Source of the DNA: Actinomycetes bacterium
Lineage (GTDB): Bacteria; Actinomycetota; Thermoleophilia; Gaiellales; F1-60-MAGs149
Assembly (NCBI GenBank): GCA_025360225.1
Contig: JANYCN010000018.1
Coordinates: 30,504-94,503 of the forward strand
Direction: 5' to 3'
Length of the DNA stretch: 64,000 nucleotides
In this document: positions 42,343-51,518 of the stretch, one piece after another
How the letters are laid out: each line of letters opens with the position of its first letter
Numbering within the stretch: the stretch's first letter is position 1
The notes under the pieces: generated by a model
What the model saw: only the letters and a program-made list of their open reading frames with translations
Databases searched by the model: none
Told to the model about the DNA's origin: nothing
Program-made: the position numbers and the translations under genes

Positions 42343-43572
42343 TCACGGACCGCTGGCGCGTGCTGCGAGCTCGCGGATCCGCGGGTTCGCGGACACCTGT
42401 CCGGCATCGATCAAGCTGGTGCACACGACGTCGCCGGCCGCGAGGCGGCGCAACACCTCGTCCAAAACGCGGTCGGTGAGGCGGACCGCCGGCTGGTCGG
42501 CCAGGACAGCGAGCGTCTCCTGCACGCGAGCGGTCGTCGGATCATGCAACATCGTGAAGGCCAGCGAGGCGTCGTGCGGCTCGCGGCGCAACGCCGCGCA
42601 CGCAGCGTCCCAGAGGTCGATCGAGACGGAGGGCGCCAACCGGAGGGCGAGCGCCCGCTCTGAAGACGGACCTTTGAGGAACGCGGTGCGCACCAGGTCC
42701 TGCACCGCTGGCGTGGTGAGGATCGTCGTCGCTCGCGCCGCCGCCCCGTCACCGAACTGCGAGATGCTGACGAGCGCGTCGACGCGTGCGAGCCGGTCAC
42801 AGCGCCCGTTGACCGCCTTGAGGAAGGCGCGCGCCAGCGGCGCACGGGCGGTCTCATCGGCTGCGCGGGCGACGGCTACGATGATCGCCGCGGCGCCGTC
42901 GAGAACCCCGTCGGGTGCCGTGCGCACGACGGTCTCGACGAACCGTCCGGCGACGGCAGCCGGTGCCGCGAGCTGCTCCGCGACGTCGACACGGTCTCCG
43001 ACGACGGCGATCAACCACTCGCGATCGCCGTGTGCCGGCACCGGTCGGCTCGCGAGACGCTCTACCACCTCGATCAGGCCCCAGCCTTCTGCTGTTCGGG
43101 CGATCGCCATCAACGCGTCCGTCGGATCGTTTGAGAGTCGCTCGATTGCCTCACAGGCGAGGAGCGTGAGCTCCTCGTCGGCGCCCAGGACGACGAGCTC
43201 GTCGATGTCACGCTCGTCACCAACCGCTCCCGTGAGGACGATCGCGAGCTTGACGGGCTCGGCGTCGCGGGCCGTCCGCCGGAGCCAGCGCACGTTGGGA
43301 CGCAGGCGTGCGGCAGCGGCGCCGTCGAAGCGGCCGGGCGCCAAGAGCTCCTCCGCGTAGTCGGCGACCGGGTGAGCGAGCGCGAAGGCGTAGACGTCGT
43401 CGAGCGTCGCTTCGCCACTGCTCAGGGAGGCGACGACGGTGACCGCGGCCACGTGCACTGCGAGGTCGACGCGTCGCGCGTCGTCGACGTCGAGAAGGCG
43501 TTGCGGTGGACGCCTGCCGCCGCGGAGCCGCTCCAAGAGCGGTCGTTCGTCGCGATCGCTCGACGCTCCCAT
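42343..43572 (-). CDS. Hypothetical alpha-helical (HEAT-like) protein
   Basis: EPVKLAIVLTG..EELTL...AEGWGLIEVVERL pattern; TAGTGT-N7-ATG start. Confidence 0.7.
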   Translation of the reverse strand: MGASSDRDERPLLERLRGGRRPPQRLLDVDDARRVDLAVHVAAVTVVASLSSGEATLDDVYAFALAHPVADYAEELLAPGRFDGAAAARLRPNVRWLRRTARDAEPVKLAIVLTGAVGDERDIDELVVLGADEELTLLACEAIERLSNDPTDALMAIARTAEGWGLIEVVERLASRPVPAHGDREWLIAVVGDRVDVAEQLAAPAAVAGRFVETVVRTAPDGVLDGAAAIIVAVARAADETARAPLARAFLKAVNGRCDRLARVDALVSISQFGDGAAARATTILTTPAVQDLVRTAFLKGPSSERALALRLAPSVSIDLWDAACAALRREPHDASLAFTMLHDPTTARVQETLAVLADQPAVRLTDRVLDEVLRRLAAGDVVCTSLIDAGQVSANPRIRELAARASGP

Positions 43573-43605
43573 CGCTCTCACACTAGTCGCGAAAGGAGCC
43601 CTTCG

Positions 43606-45561
43606 TCAGGCCGCCTCGTCTCGTGGGTCGTCCCGACGGCGACCGTCCGACTGGCCCGGGTCACGGGCATGGAGGCGAGCGCTGTCGCTTGCCAACACGT
43701 TCAGCAACGCGTGCACGACGGTGGGATCGAGGTGGCTTCCGGCAGCGGCCTGGAGCTCGGCGATCGCGACCGACTCGGGCATGGCGTGGCGGTGAGGACG
43801 TTCCGACGTCATCGCCACGTAGGCATCGGCGGCGGCAACGATCCGCGCCTCGATCGGGATCGCCTCACCCGCGAGGCCGTCAGGGTAGCCGCACCCGTCC
43901 CAGCGCTCGTGATGGTGGCGCACCGCCCGCGCCGCCTCCTTGAGACCGGCGACGCGTCGGATGATCTCCTCGCCGATCGCTGGATGACCGCGCATCGTCG
44001 CCCACTCATCGGCGTCAAGCGCTCCGGGTTTCGTCAGGATCCGGTCGGGGATCGCAACCTTGCCGACGTCGTGCAGCCAGCCGCCGAGACGACAGCGCAA
44101 CACGACTGGCGGCGCCGACCCGAGCGTCTCTGCCGTGCGCGTGGCGAGGTCAGCGACGCGGATCGGATGCTTCGCGGCCGTCCCCTCCCGCAGGCTCGCG
44201 GCAAGAGCGAGCGCCTCGGCGATCCGTACGGCCTCGGGATCCTCGGCGATGAAGTCCTCGAACTGCCACTCGTCGTAGAGGCGGGTCTGGTTGCGGCCGC
44301 GGCGCTTCGCGGTGTAGAGCGCCCTGTCCGCCGCGTCAACGAGGTCGTCTGCGTCGCGCAGCGCGTCGACGGCGAGCGCGGCGCCGACGGAGACCGTCAC
44401 GGCAAGCTCGAGCCCCTCGACGATGATCGGCGCGCGCTCGATCGCGATCCGCACCGTCTCGGCAACCTCGCGCAACGCCGTCGCGTCACCGATCTGTCGG
44501 AGCAGGATGCAGAACTCCTCACCACCCCAGCGAGCGGCGCAATCGGTGGAGCGGACGGCGCCAGCCGTGCGCGCGGCGATCTCCACCAGCACGGCGTCCC
44601 CCGCGGCGTGTCCGTACGTGTCGTTGATCCGCTTGAAGTGGTCGACGTCGAGCAGCACGAGTCCGGGCGCGGGAAACGGCGGGCCGGTCAGCGCAGCGCT
44701 CAGCTCCTCGCCGAGATGGCGGCGGTTTGCGATGCCGGTGAGGGCGTCGGTGCGCGCCTGGCGGTCGGCCTCCGCGCGCGCCTCCTCGCTCGCCTCTGCG
44801 TGGCGCTGGGTGGCGCCGATCGTCGCCTTCAGCACACGCTCGAGCGCCATGCGACCCGTGACGTCGGCGGCGATCCCGAACACGTCGACGCCTGAGGCGG
44901 TGCGATACGGCCACGCGCGCAACGCGATCCAACGCGTCACGCCATCGAGGCCGACGAAGCGCATCGTGTCGTCGGTCTCCTCACCGTTGACGAGGCGCTG
45001 GAGGTGGTTGCGGAAGGTCGTGCGGTCATCCGGATGCAGCACGCGGCTCCAGGCAGAGGCGGCGTCGACGCCGGGAGGCACCGCGGCACCGAGGATCCGC
45101 TCGGCTCCCGGGCCGCTGAACGTTGTCTCGAGTCGGCCATCGGCGTGGATCGTGAACGCGTACAGGTGATCGCCGACGCCGTCCAGCAGGCGGGTGTACG
45201 TGCTCTCGTCGGCGTTCGGCGCTCGCACGGGCCGCGTCGCCGGCCCGAGCTCGCGTACCGTGATCACCCTTCGAGCGCCCCCGCCGGGAAGGAGGAGGTC
45301 GGTGGCCTGGACGATCAGCGCAAGACGCACGCCGTCTCGGCGGCGACCGATCACGTCCTGTGGCTCGTCGCGGTCGAGCTGCAGACCGGACGGCATCAGC
45401 GTGCTGACCGGCACTCCCTCGAGCGTGGCGAGCGTCGCACCGAACAGGTCTGCGAGCGCGCCGTTGCCGCCACAGATCGTCCCGGCGGCGTCCACGACGC
45501 ACGCAGCGAGCGCTCGTTCGGGCGGCCGGCCTCGGCGCGTGTTCGGCTCGCGCTTGTTCAC
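43606..45561 (-). CDS. PAS-PAS-GGDEF-HD-GYP diguanylate cyclase / phosphodiesterase
   Basis: PAS HPDDR; TDALTGIANRR, DVDHFKRINDTYGH..GD, I-site RSTD, GGEEF; LHDVGK, HHERWDGCGYP; start uncertain (45561-45651). Confidence 0.92.
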   Translation of the reverse strand: MNKREPNTRRGRPPERALAACVVDAAGTICGGNGALADLFGATLATLEGVPVSTLMPSGLQLDRDEPQDVIGRRRDGVRLALIVQATDLLLPGGGARRVITVRELGPATRPVRAPNADESTYTRLLDGVGDHLYAFTIHADGRLETTFSGPGAERILGAAVPPGVDAASAWSRVLHPDDRTTFRNHLQRLVNGEETDDTMRFVGLDGVTRWIALRAWPYRTASGVDVFGIAADVTGRMALERVLKATIGATQRHAEASEEARAEADRQARTDALTGIANRRHLGEELSAALTGPPFPAPGLVLLDVDHFKRINDTYGHAAGDAVLVEIAARTAGAVRSTDCAARWGGEEFCILLRQIGDATALREVAETVRIAIERAPIIVEGLELAVTVSVGAALAVDALRDADDLVDAADRALYTAKRRGRNQTRLYDEWQFEDFIAEDPEAVRIAEALALAASLREGTAAKHPIRVADLATRTAETLGSAPPVVLRCRLGGWLHDVGKVAIPDRILTKPGALDADEWATMRGHPAIGEEIIRRVAGLKEAARAVRHHHERWDGCGYPDGLAGEAIPIEARIVAAADAYVAMTSERPHRHAMPESVAIAELQAAAGSHLDPTVVHALLNVLASDSARLHARDPGQSDGRRRDDPRDEAA

Positions 45562-45677
45562 GCTCGGACTATCGGCGCGCCCGGCGTCAGGCGAGAGGGT
45601 GGACCGCGTCGGCCGGCTCCTCGTGGTCTGATTGCGAGATCGCCTGGTCACTCGACTGCCTGGATCGTCCTGCGCTT

Positions 45678-45712
45678 GCTGGCTCTGCCACCCGGTGGGT
45701 GGCAGAGCCAGC
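45678..45712. repeat. Perfect 16-bp hairpin (possible terminator or REP-like element)
   Basis: gctggctctgccaccc-ggt-gggtggcagagccagc; no U-tract on either side. Confidence 0.7.
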
Positions 45713-45840
45713 TAGCTGCGGCGTGGGCTTCGCGGGAGCGTCGCGCGCCGCTTGCGCTTGCCCCGGCAAGCCCTGCGCGACGCGCAACGATCCCGCTCGC
45801 TCCAGACACCTGATGAGCATGCCATCTCGCAATCACACCA

Positions 45841-46638
45841 CTAGCGCACCGCGACGAGCGTGCGTTCGCGGCCGCGGAACGCGGCGACAGCTGCGACGCC
45901 GTGCTCGCGCAGCAGCGCACGGGCACGCAGGACCCGGCCGGCGTTGTTCGGGCGGTGCGCGTCGGAGCCAAGGCTGACGACTGCTCCTTCGGCGGCGCAG
46001 GCGGCGACGAGGGCGCTGACGAGCTCTGGGTGGCGGTCGAGGTCGGTGCCGTTCACCTCGAGCGCGACGTCGCTTCCTGCCGCCGTTGCCGCGAGCTCGC
46101 GGTACCGCGAGGCGACGAACGGCGGCGCGTGTGGGGCGCTCCGGGCGAGCCGCGCCGGGTGCGAGATGACGTCGTAGCGACCGCTCGCGGCCGCTGCGAC
46201 GAGTCGATCCAGGTAGTCGGCCCAGGCCGCCTCAGGGTCGGCGTGATCGCCCTCACCTTCGACGGCGACGTCGTCCCTGATCACGTGGACGGAACCGATC
46301 ACGACGTCCCAAGCGCGGGAGTGCTCGGCGCAGAACGCGTCGGTCGCCGCCGTCGTCGTCGCGTCGTCGGCGCGGACGTCGAGCTCGATGCCGACACGCA
46401 CCTGGACGGGCGCAGCGATGCTCGCAGCGATCACGGCGTCGAGGTAGGTCGCATGGCTGATCGGCGGTCCCTCGGGGGTGAACCGCGTGGCGATGTACGA
46501 CGAGGCGGTTCGCGCCTCCTCGATGTGGTAGACGTGCTCGGTAAAGGCGATCGAGCCGACCCCGGCTACGGCAGCCGCGGCAACCATCTCGCTCGCTGAG
46601 CCGTGGTAGATGAAGTGGTTGTGGTTGTCGGGTAGCAC
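45841..46638 (-). CDS. PHP-family phosphatase, histidinol-phosphatase (HisJ/HisK)-like
   Basis: DNHNH, AFTEH, VGIE, DVVIGSVH, DVISHP, LEVN, SLGSDAH. Confidence 0.8.
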   Translation of the reverse strand: MLPDNHNHFIYHGSASEMVAAAAVAGVGSIAFTEHVYHIEEARTASSYIATRFTPEGPPISHATYLDAVIAASIAAPVQVRVGIELDVRADDATTTAATDAFCAEHSRAWDVVIGSVHVIRDDVAVEGEGDHADPEAAWADYLDRLVAAAASGRYDVISHPARLARSAPHAPPFVASRYRELAATAAGSDVALEVNGTDLDRHPELVSALVAACAAEGAVVSLGSDAHRPNNAGRVLRARALLREHGVAAVAAFRGRERTLVAVR

Positions 46639-46657
46639 TGGGAGCAGGGTAGCCCGC

Positions 46658-49600
46658 TCAACGGCGCCCCTGGGCGAAGTGCTGGGCGGGTGGCGCAACG
46701 GCGACCAGGTCGTTGGAGGGCACCGCGCGGCGGCCGCGTCCGCGGTCCTGGGAGCGTGCGCCGATCACGTGACGGCCGGGCGTTGCGAGCGGTTCGAGGT
46801 GGCTAACGAGCACGTTGATGTTGCGGTCGCGGCGCTCGAGCGTCCCCTCTGCGAGCAGCAGCGGCTCGGTTCGGGCGAGCAGCCGGTAGCGCTCGTAGAC
46901 GTCGGGGAACAGCACGAGGTTGACGAGGCCGTGCTCGTCCTCGAGCAGCAGGAACACGATTCCGTTCGCGCTCTGCGGTCGCTGTCGTGCGATCGCAAGC
47001 CCTGGGAGCGTGATCAGGCTGCCGCTCGGCAGGGCGCGGAGATCGGCGCTTGACACGATGTCTTCGAGACCACGCCGGATCGCTGCGATCGGGTGCTCGC
47101 GGATCGAAACGCCGGTCGTCGCGTAGTCGGCGACGAGCAGCTCCCACTCGCCCTGCGCGGGGAGGGCTGGTGCGTCGCCGACCGTGAGATCGAGCGCGAG
47201 CTGTCGGTGCCCGCCGCGCACCGGCGCCGAACGCGTCGCGAGGCCGAGCTCCCAGAGCAGCGTGCGTCGAGGGCCGAGGGCGTCACACGCGCCGGCGGCG
47301 ACGATCCGCTCGAGCTGGTCGAGCTTCAGGTCGAGCCGAACGGCGAGATCGCGGGCTGAGCGGAACGGCCCGCGCGTGTGGCGTTCCGCGATGACGGCCG
47401 CTGCGCCATCTGCACCGAGGCCGGTGACGTAGCCGAGGCCGATCCGCACGGCGTCACCTTCCAGGACGCACGCCGCCTGCGAGCGCAGGATGTCGGGCGA
47501 ACGCACCTCGACGTCGCGGCGTTGGCCATCACGGACGAGCGAGGCGGGAGGGTAGAAGCCCATCGGCTGAGCGTTCAGCAGCGCGCAGAGAAACGCAGCG
47601 GGGTGGTGTCGACGCAGCCATGCGCTCTGGTAGGCGAGCAGTGCGAACGCGGCGGCGTGGGCCTTTGGAAAACCGAAGGCGGAGAACGCGAGGATCTTCG
47701 CGAACACCAGCTCTGCGACGTGCTCAGGAACGCTGCGTGCGTGGCAGCCGTCACGGAACGCGTCCCACTGGGCGCGCATCGCTGCCTCCGACCTTCGTCG
47801 GCTCATCGCCCTGCGCAGCGCCTCGGCCTGTCCGGCGCTGAACCCGGCGAGCGCCTGCGCGGCGGAGAGCACCTGGTCCTGGAAGACGATCACGCCAAGC
47901 GTCTCCTCGAGCGGCCCTTCGAGCAGCGGGTGGTCGTATGGGATCGGGAACGCCGGGTCGTGGCGGCGTGCGAGGCGGCGCTGGATGTACGGGTGAACGG
48001 CGCCGCCCTGGATCGGGCCGGGGCGTACCAGGGCGACCTCGACGACGAGATCATCGAGGTTCTCCGGCTGGGTGCGCAGGAGCATCTGCATCTGTGCGCG
48101 CGACTCGATCTGGAACACGCCGACGGTGTCAGCAGCCTTGATCTCGGCGTACACCTCGGGGTCGTCGAGCGGGATCCGAGACAGATCGACCGCCTCGCCG
48201 CGTGATGCGAGGGCGACGACGCACTCCTCGACGGCTGAGAGCATGCCGAGCCCGAGCAGGTCGATCTTCAGGAAGCCTGCATCGGCGCACGAGTCCTTGT
48301 CCCACTGGCAGATCGTGCGCCCCGCCATCGCGGCCGGCTGGAGCGGCACCATCGTCGTCAGCGGCCGGTCCGAGATGATCATGCCGCCGGGGTGCTGGGA
48401 GAGGTGGCGCGGCATGCCGCCGATCGCGCGGCAGAGCGCCGCGAGCGCACGGAAGCGGCGATCTCCCGCACGCTCCGCGAGGCCGGGCAGGCGTGTCATC
48501 TCGTCGCCGACGGCGGCGGCGCTCCAGCCGTCGGATGATGCAGCGAGCCGCGCGACGTCGCTTGGCGGCAGGCCGAGCGCCTTACCGAGCTCGCGGATCG
48601 CGCCCCGTGCGCGGTAGGTGGAGTGCGCTCCGACGAGCGCCGCCTGGCGCGATCCGTAGCGTTCGTGCACGCGCAGGATCAGCCCCGCGCGGATGTCGCG
48701 CGGGAAGTCGAGGTCGATGTCGGGCACGGAGGCGAGCTCGCGGTTCAGGAACCGACCAAGCGACAGGCGTGCCTCGATCGGGTCGACGTGGGAGAGGCCG
48801 GTCAGGTAGCAGACGATCGAGCCGACGCTCGAGCCGCGGCCGCGTCCTGGTGGTAGCGTCATGCGTGGCGAGCCGGCACCGCGCACCTCGAGGGCCACCT
48901 CGCGCGCAAGCTCGAGCACCTCGTGGTGAAGCAGGAAGAAGCCTGAGAGGCGGTGGTGGCGGATCAGCGCGAGCTCGTCCGCGAGGCGGGTGACCCCTTC
49001 TGTGTGGTGACGCGAGCCGGCCGGGTAGCGCTCGACGAAAGCGTGAGCGCAGAGCTCTGCGAGGCCGACGTCCGGGTCATCGGTCGTCGTGGGTGGCCGG
49101 TAGCCGAGGTCGCGTGTCAGGTCGAAGGTGATCGACTCGGCGATCTCGCGGGTCGCTGTGATGGCGTGGGGGAGGTCGGCGAAGAGCGCGGCCATCTCCG
49201 TCGGACGCTTCAGCACGTGCTCGCGGTTGCCGCGCCGCGCACCCTCGCACCCGTCGAGCGTGGCGTGCGTGCGGATCGCAACCATGGCGTCCTGCAGCGG
49301 CCCGCGGTTGCGACGGTGCAGGTGCACGTCGTTCGTCGCGGCGATCGGGAGCGTGTGGCGTCGGGCGAGCTCGAGCAGGCTGCGCGTGCGGGCGCGGTCG
49401 CCGCGCTGGTACGGGCGGCTGATCTCGATCCAGAGCCGGCGGGCGAAGGCGTCGGCAAGCTTCCGTGCCCGGTGCGTCGCGAGCTCGCGGTCGCCCCGTC
49501 CGAGCGCTGCTGTGAGCGCGCCCGAGCGTGCGCAACCGCTGAGGCACAGCAGGCCGTCGGCGTGCTCGAGGACGTCGTGAAACGACACGTTGGGCGGAGC

Positions 49601-49933
49601 TGGCGAGCGGTCGGGGGCGTCGCGCGTGTGGACGTGCGCGAGGGTGATCAGCTCGCAGAGGTTGCTGTAGCCGGTAGTGGTCGCCGCGAGGAGCGTCAGA
49701 TGGAAGTCCTCGTCACCGTCGCGCACCGTCAGCTCGCAGCCCGTGATCGGCCGGATGCCCGCGTCGGCAGCGGCTTGGGCGAACACGAGCGCTCCACACA
49801 GGTTGTCGTGGTCGGTGAGCGCGAGCGCATCGTGCCCTTGCTCGACCGCGCGGTCGACGAGCTCCTCGGGCGTTGACGCGCCATCGAGAAACGAGAAGGC
49901 GGAGTGGCAGTGCAGCTCAACGTAGCCCGTCAT
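46658..49933 (-). CDS. dnaE2: Damage-inducible DNA polymerase III alpha homolog DnaE2 (ImuC)
   Basis: ELHCHSAFSFLDGAS, GRGSS, PDIDLD, PRHLSQHPGG, QWDKD, KIDLLGLGML, FQIESRAQ, GFPKAHA, LLNAQPMGFY; SOS box upstream. Confidence 0.95.
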   Translation of the reverse strand: MTGYVELHCHSAFSFLDGASTPEELVDRAVEQGHDALALTDHDNLCGALVFAQAAADAGIRPITGCELTVRDGDEDFHLTLLAATTTGYSNLCELITLAHVHTRDAPDRSPAPPNVSFHDVLEHADGLLCLSGCARSGALTAALGRGDRELATHRARKLADAFARRLWIEISRPYQRGDRARTRSLLELARRHTLPIAATNDVHLHRRNRGPLQDAMVAIRTHATLDGCEGARRGNREHVLKRPTEMAALFADLPHAITATREIAESITFDLTRDLGYRPPTTTDDPDVGLAELCAHAFVERYPAGSRHHTEGVTRLADELALIRHHRLSGFFLLHHEVLELAREVALEVRGAGSPRMTLPPGRGRGSSVGSIVCYLTGLSHVDPIEARLSLGRFLNRELASVPDIDLDFPRDIRAGLILRVHERYGSRQAALVGAHSTYRARGAIRELGKALGLPPSDVARLAASSDGWSAAAVGDEMTRLPGLAERAGDRRFRALAALCRAIGGMPRHLSQHPGGMIISDRPLTTMVPLQPAAMAGRTICQWDKDSCADAGFLKIDLLGLGMLSAVEECVVALASRGEAVDLSRIPLDDPEVYAEIKAADTVGVFQIESRAQMQMLLRTQPENLDDLVVEVALVRPGPIQGGAVHPYIQRRLARRHDPAFPIPYDHPLLEGPLEETLGVIVFQDQVLSAAQALAGFSAGQAEALRRAMSRRRSEAAMRAQWDAFRDGCHARSVPEHVAELVFAKILAFSAFGFPKAHAAAFALLAYQSAWLRRHHPAAFLCALLNAQPMGFYPPASLVRDGQRRDVEVRSPDILRSQAACVLEGDAVRIGLGYVTGLGADGAAAVIAERHTRGPFRSARDLAVRLDLKLDQLERIVAAGACDALGPRRTLLWELGLATRSAPVRGGHRQLALDLTVGDAPALPAQGEWELLVADYATTGVSIREHPIAAIRRGLEDIVSSADLRALPSGSLITLPGLAIARQRPQSANGIVFLLLEDEHGLVNLVLFPDVYERYRLLARTEPLLLAEGTLERRDRNINVLVSHLEPLATPGRHVIGARSQDRGRGRRAVPSNDLVAVAPPAQHFAQGRR

Positions 49934-49945
49934 TCACAAAGTATA

Positions 49946-49959
49946 CGAACAAGCGTTCG
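49946..49959. promoter_or_regulatory. LexA (SOS) box upstream of dnaE2
   Basis: CGAAC-aagc-GTTCG, next to the minus-strand -10 TATACT-N6-ATG of dnaE2. Confidence 0.92.
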
Positions 49960-49970
49960 TGTTGACAGGT

Positions 49971-49985
49971 TGGATACAGTATCCA
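49971..49985. promoter_or_regulatory. 15-bp palindrome in the P450 promoter (candidate repressor site)
   Basis: tggatac-a-gtatcca, between TTGACA (49962-49967) and the P450 start. Confidence 0.65.
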
Positions 49986-49987
49986 TT

Positions 49988-51247
49988 ATGGATCGAGTGA
50001 CGCTTGACCGGATCGACCTCTCCAACCACGATCTGTTCGTCGACGGCCCGCCGCACGCCGTCTTCGACACCCTCCGCGTGGAGGCGCCGGTGTTCTGGAA
50101 CGCCGAGAGGCCGCCGCGCAAGGGCTTCTGGGCGATCACGCGCTACCAGGACATCGTCACCGTGCTGGGCGATCCGACAACGTTCTCGAGCGAGCTCGGC
50201 GGCGTCACCCTCGAGGAGCAGTCGGCGGAGGAACTGGGAGAGCGGCGCAACTTCCTCGAGCTCGACCCACCGCGTCACGGTCGGTTCCGTAAGGTGCTCG
50301 CACCCGACTTCACACCAAAGGCGGTCGGGCGTTGGGAGGCGTGGCTGCGCGACCTGATCGTCCGCAACCTCGACGAGGTGCTGGTGACCCGCGAGTTCGA
50401 TTTCGTCGAGGCGATCGCTGCGCCCGTGCCGATCCGCGTCCTTGGCCACATCATGGGCGTCCCCGACGAGCACCACGACCGGTTGATCGTGCTCTCCGAC
50501 AGGCTGATCAACAGCAACGATCCAGAGCTCGCGACCGTCACGTCCGACTCTGCCGACTCCGACCCGTACCGCTTTGAGCCGTTCCGTAGCCCGGATGCGG
50601 CAGAGATCGTCGCGATCGGCCGCGCGCTGTTCGACGAGCGCCGCCGCGAGCCGCGCGAGGACGTGATCTCCTACCTCGTGAACGCGAGCCCGGACGGTGG
50701 TGCGTACACCCAACAGGAGCTCGAGATCAACTTCGTCACGATGGTCGTCGCCGGGAACGAGACGACGCGCTCGGCGATGGCGAACGGCATCCTCGCGTTC
50801 TGCGAGAACCCTGACCAGTGGCAGCTTCTGCTCGACCAGCCCGAGCTGATCAACGCCGCCGCAGACGAGATGATCCGCTACGCCTCGCCGGTGTGGCACT
50901 TCCGCCGTACGGCGACGCGGGACGTCACGCTCGGTGGCGTGACGATCCGCGAGGGAGACAAGGTCGTGGTCTGGTTCGGCTCTGGCAATCGCGATCCCTC
51001 CCGGTTCCCGGACGCCCATCGTTTCGACGTCACCCGCCCGCCGAGCAAGCACACGCACTGCGCCTTTGGCCGTGGCGGGCCGCACTACTGCATCGGAGCG
51101 CACCTTGCGACGCTCGAGGTTCGCGTGCTGCTCGAGGAGCTCGTCGCGCGCGTCCAGTCGATCGAGCTAGCGGGCGAGCCGCGCCGGGTGCGCTCGAACT
51201 TCGCCAACGGTCTCAAGACGCTCCCCGTGCGGGTCGCCTTGCGCTAG
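49988..51247 (+). CDS. Cytochrome P450 (CYP124/125/142-like; start 49988 or 49997)
   Basis: GFWAITRY, LDPPRH, AGNETT I-helix, EMIR, heme motif FGRGGPHYCIG. Confidence 0.95.
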   Translation: MDRVTLDRIDLSNHDLFVDGPPHAVFDTLRVEAPVFWNAERPPRKGFWAITRYQDIVTVLGDPTTFSSELGGVTLEEQSAEELGERRNFLELDPPRHGRFRKVLAPDFTPKAVGRWEAWLRDLIVRNLDEVLVTREFDFVEAIAAPVPIRVLGHIMGVPDEHHDRLIVLSDRLINSNDPELATVTSDSADSDPYRFEPFRSPDAAEIVAIGRALFDERRREPREDVISYLVNASPDGGAYTQQELEINFVTMVVAGNETTRSAMANGILAFCENPDQWQLLLDQPELINAAADEMIRYASPVWHFRRTATRDVTLGGVTIREGDKVVVWFGSGNRDPSRFPDAHRFDVTRPPSKHTHCAFGRGGPHYCIGAHLATLEVRVLLEELVARVQSIELAGEPRRVRSNFANGLKTLPVRVALR

Positions 51248-51266
51248 GAGCCCGTCGGTCTTCGTC

Positions 51267-51518
51267 CTATCCCCGCTGGCGGTACCAGGTGCCAGGGAGG
51301 CGCCGATCCTCGAACACGACGCAGACGCGACCGCCCGCGAGCACGAGCTCGAGGTAGCGGCGTCGGATCGGTGCGTCCGTCCACCAGCCCTCCTCGACGC
51401 GCCACTCCTCGCGGATCGCCTCGACCGCTCGGCCATCGACGGTGATTGGTCGGCTGCTCGTGTCGACGACCACCCGCGCCGGGACGGGAGCGTTCAGCGT
51501 CTGCAGGCGCCTGCTCAT
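51267..51518 (-). CDS. Stand-alone ImuB C-terminal-like domain (DUF6504-like), 83 aa
   Basis: P.P..V....P.....W.VEEGWW....RRY pattern; ATGA-coupled to imuB. Confidence 0.7.
   Translation of the reverse strand: MSRRLQTLNAPVPARVVVDTSSRPITVDGRAVEAIREEWRVEEGWWTDAPIRRRYLELVLAGGRVCVVFEDRRLPGTWYRQRG

Noticed and set aside
43372-44895. Long antisense or alternate-frame ORFs (also 2540-3853, 13944-15095, 25340-26980, 53743-56019, 56045-58282)
   Set aside because: Shadows of motif-bearing genes, expected at this GC content; low-complexity R/A/G/S composition and no motifs
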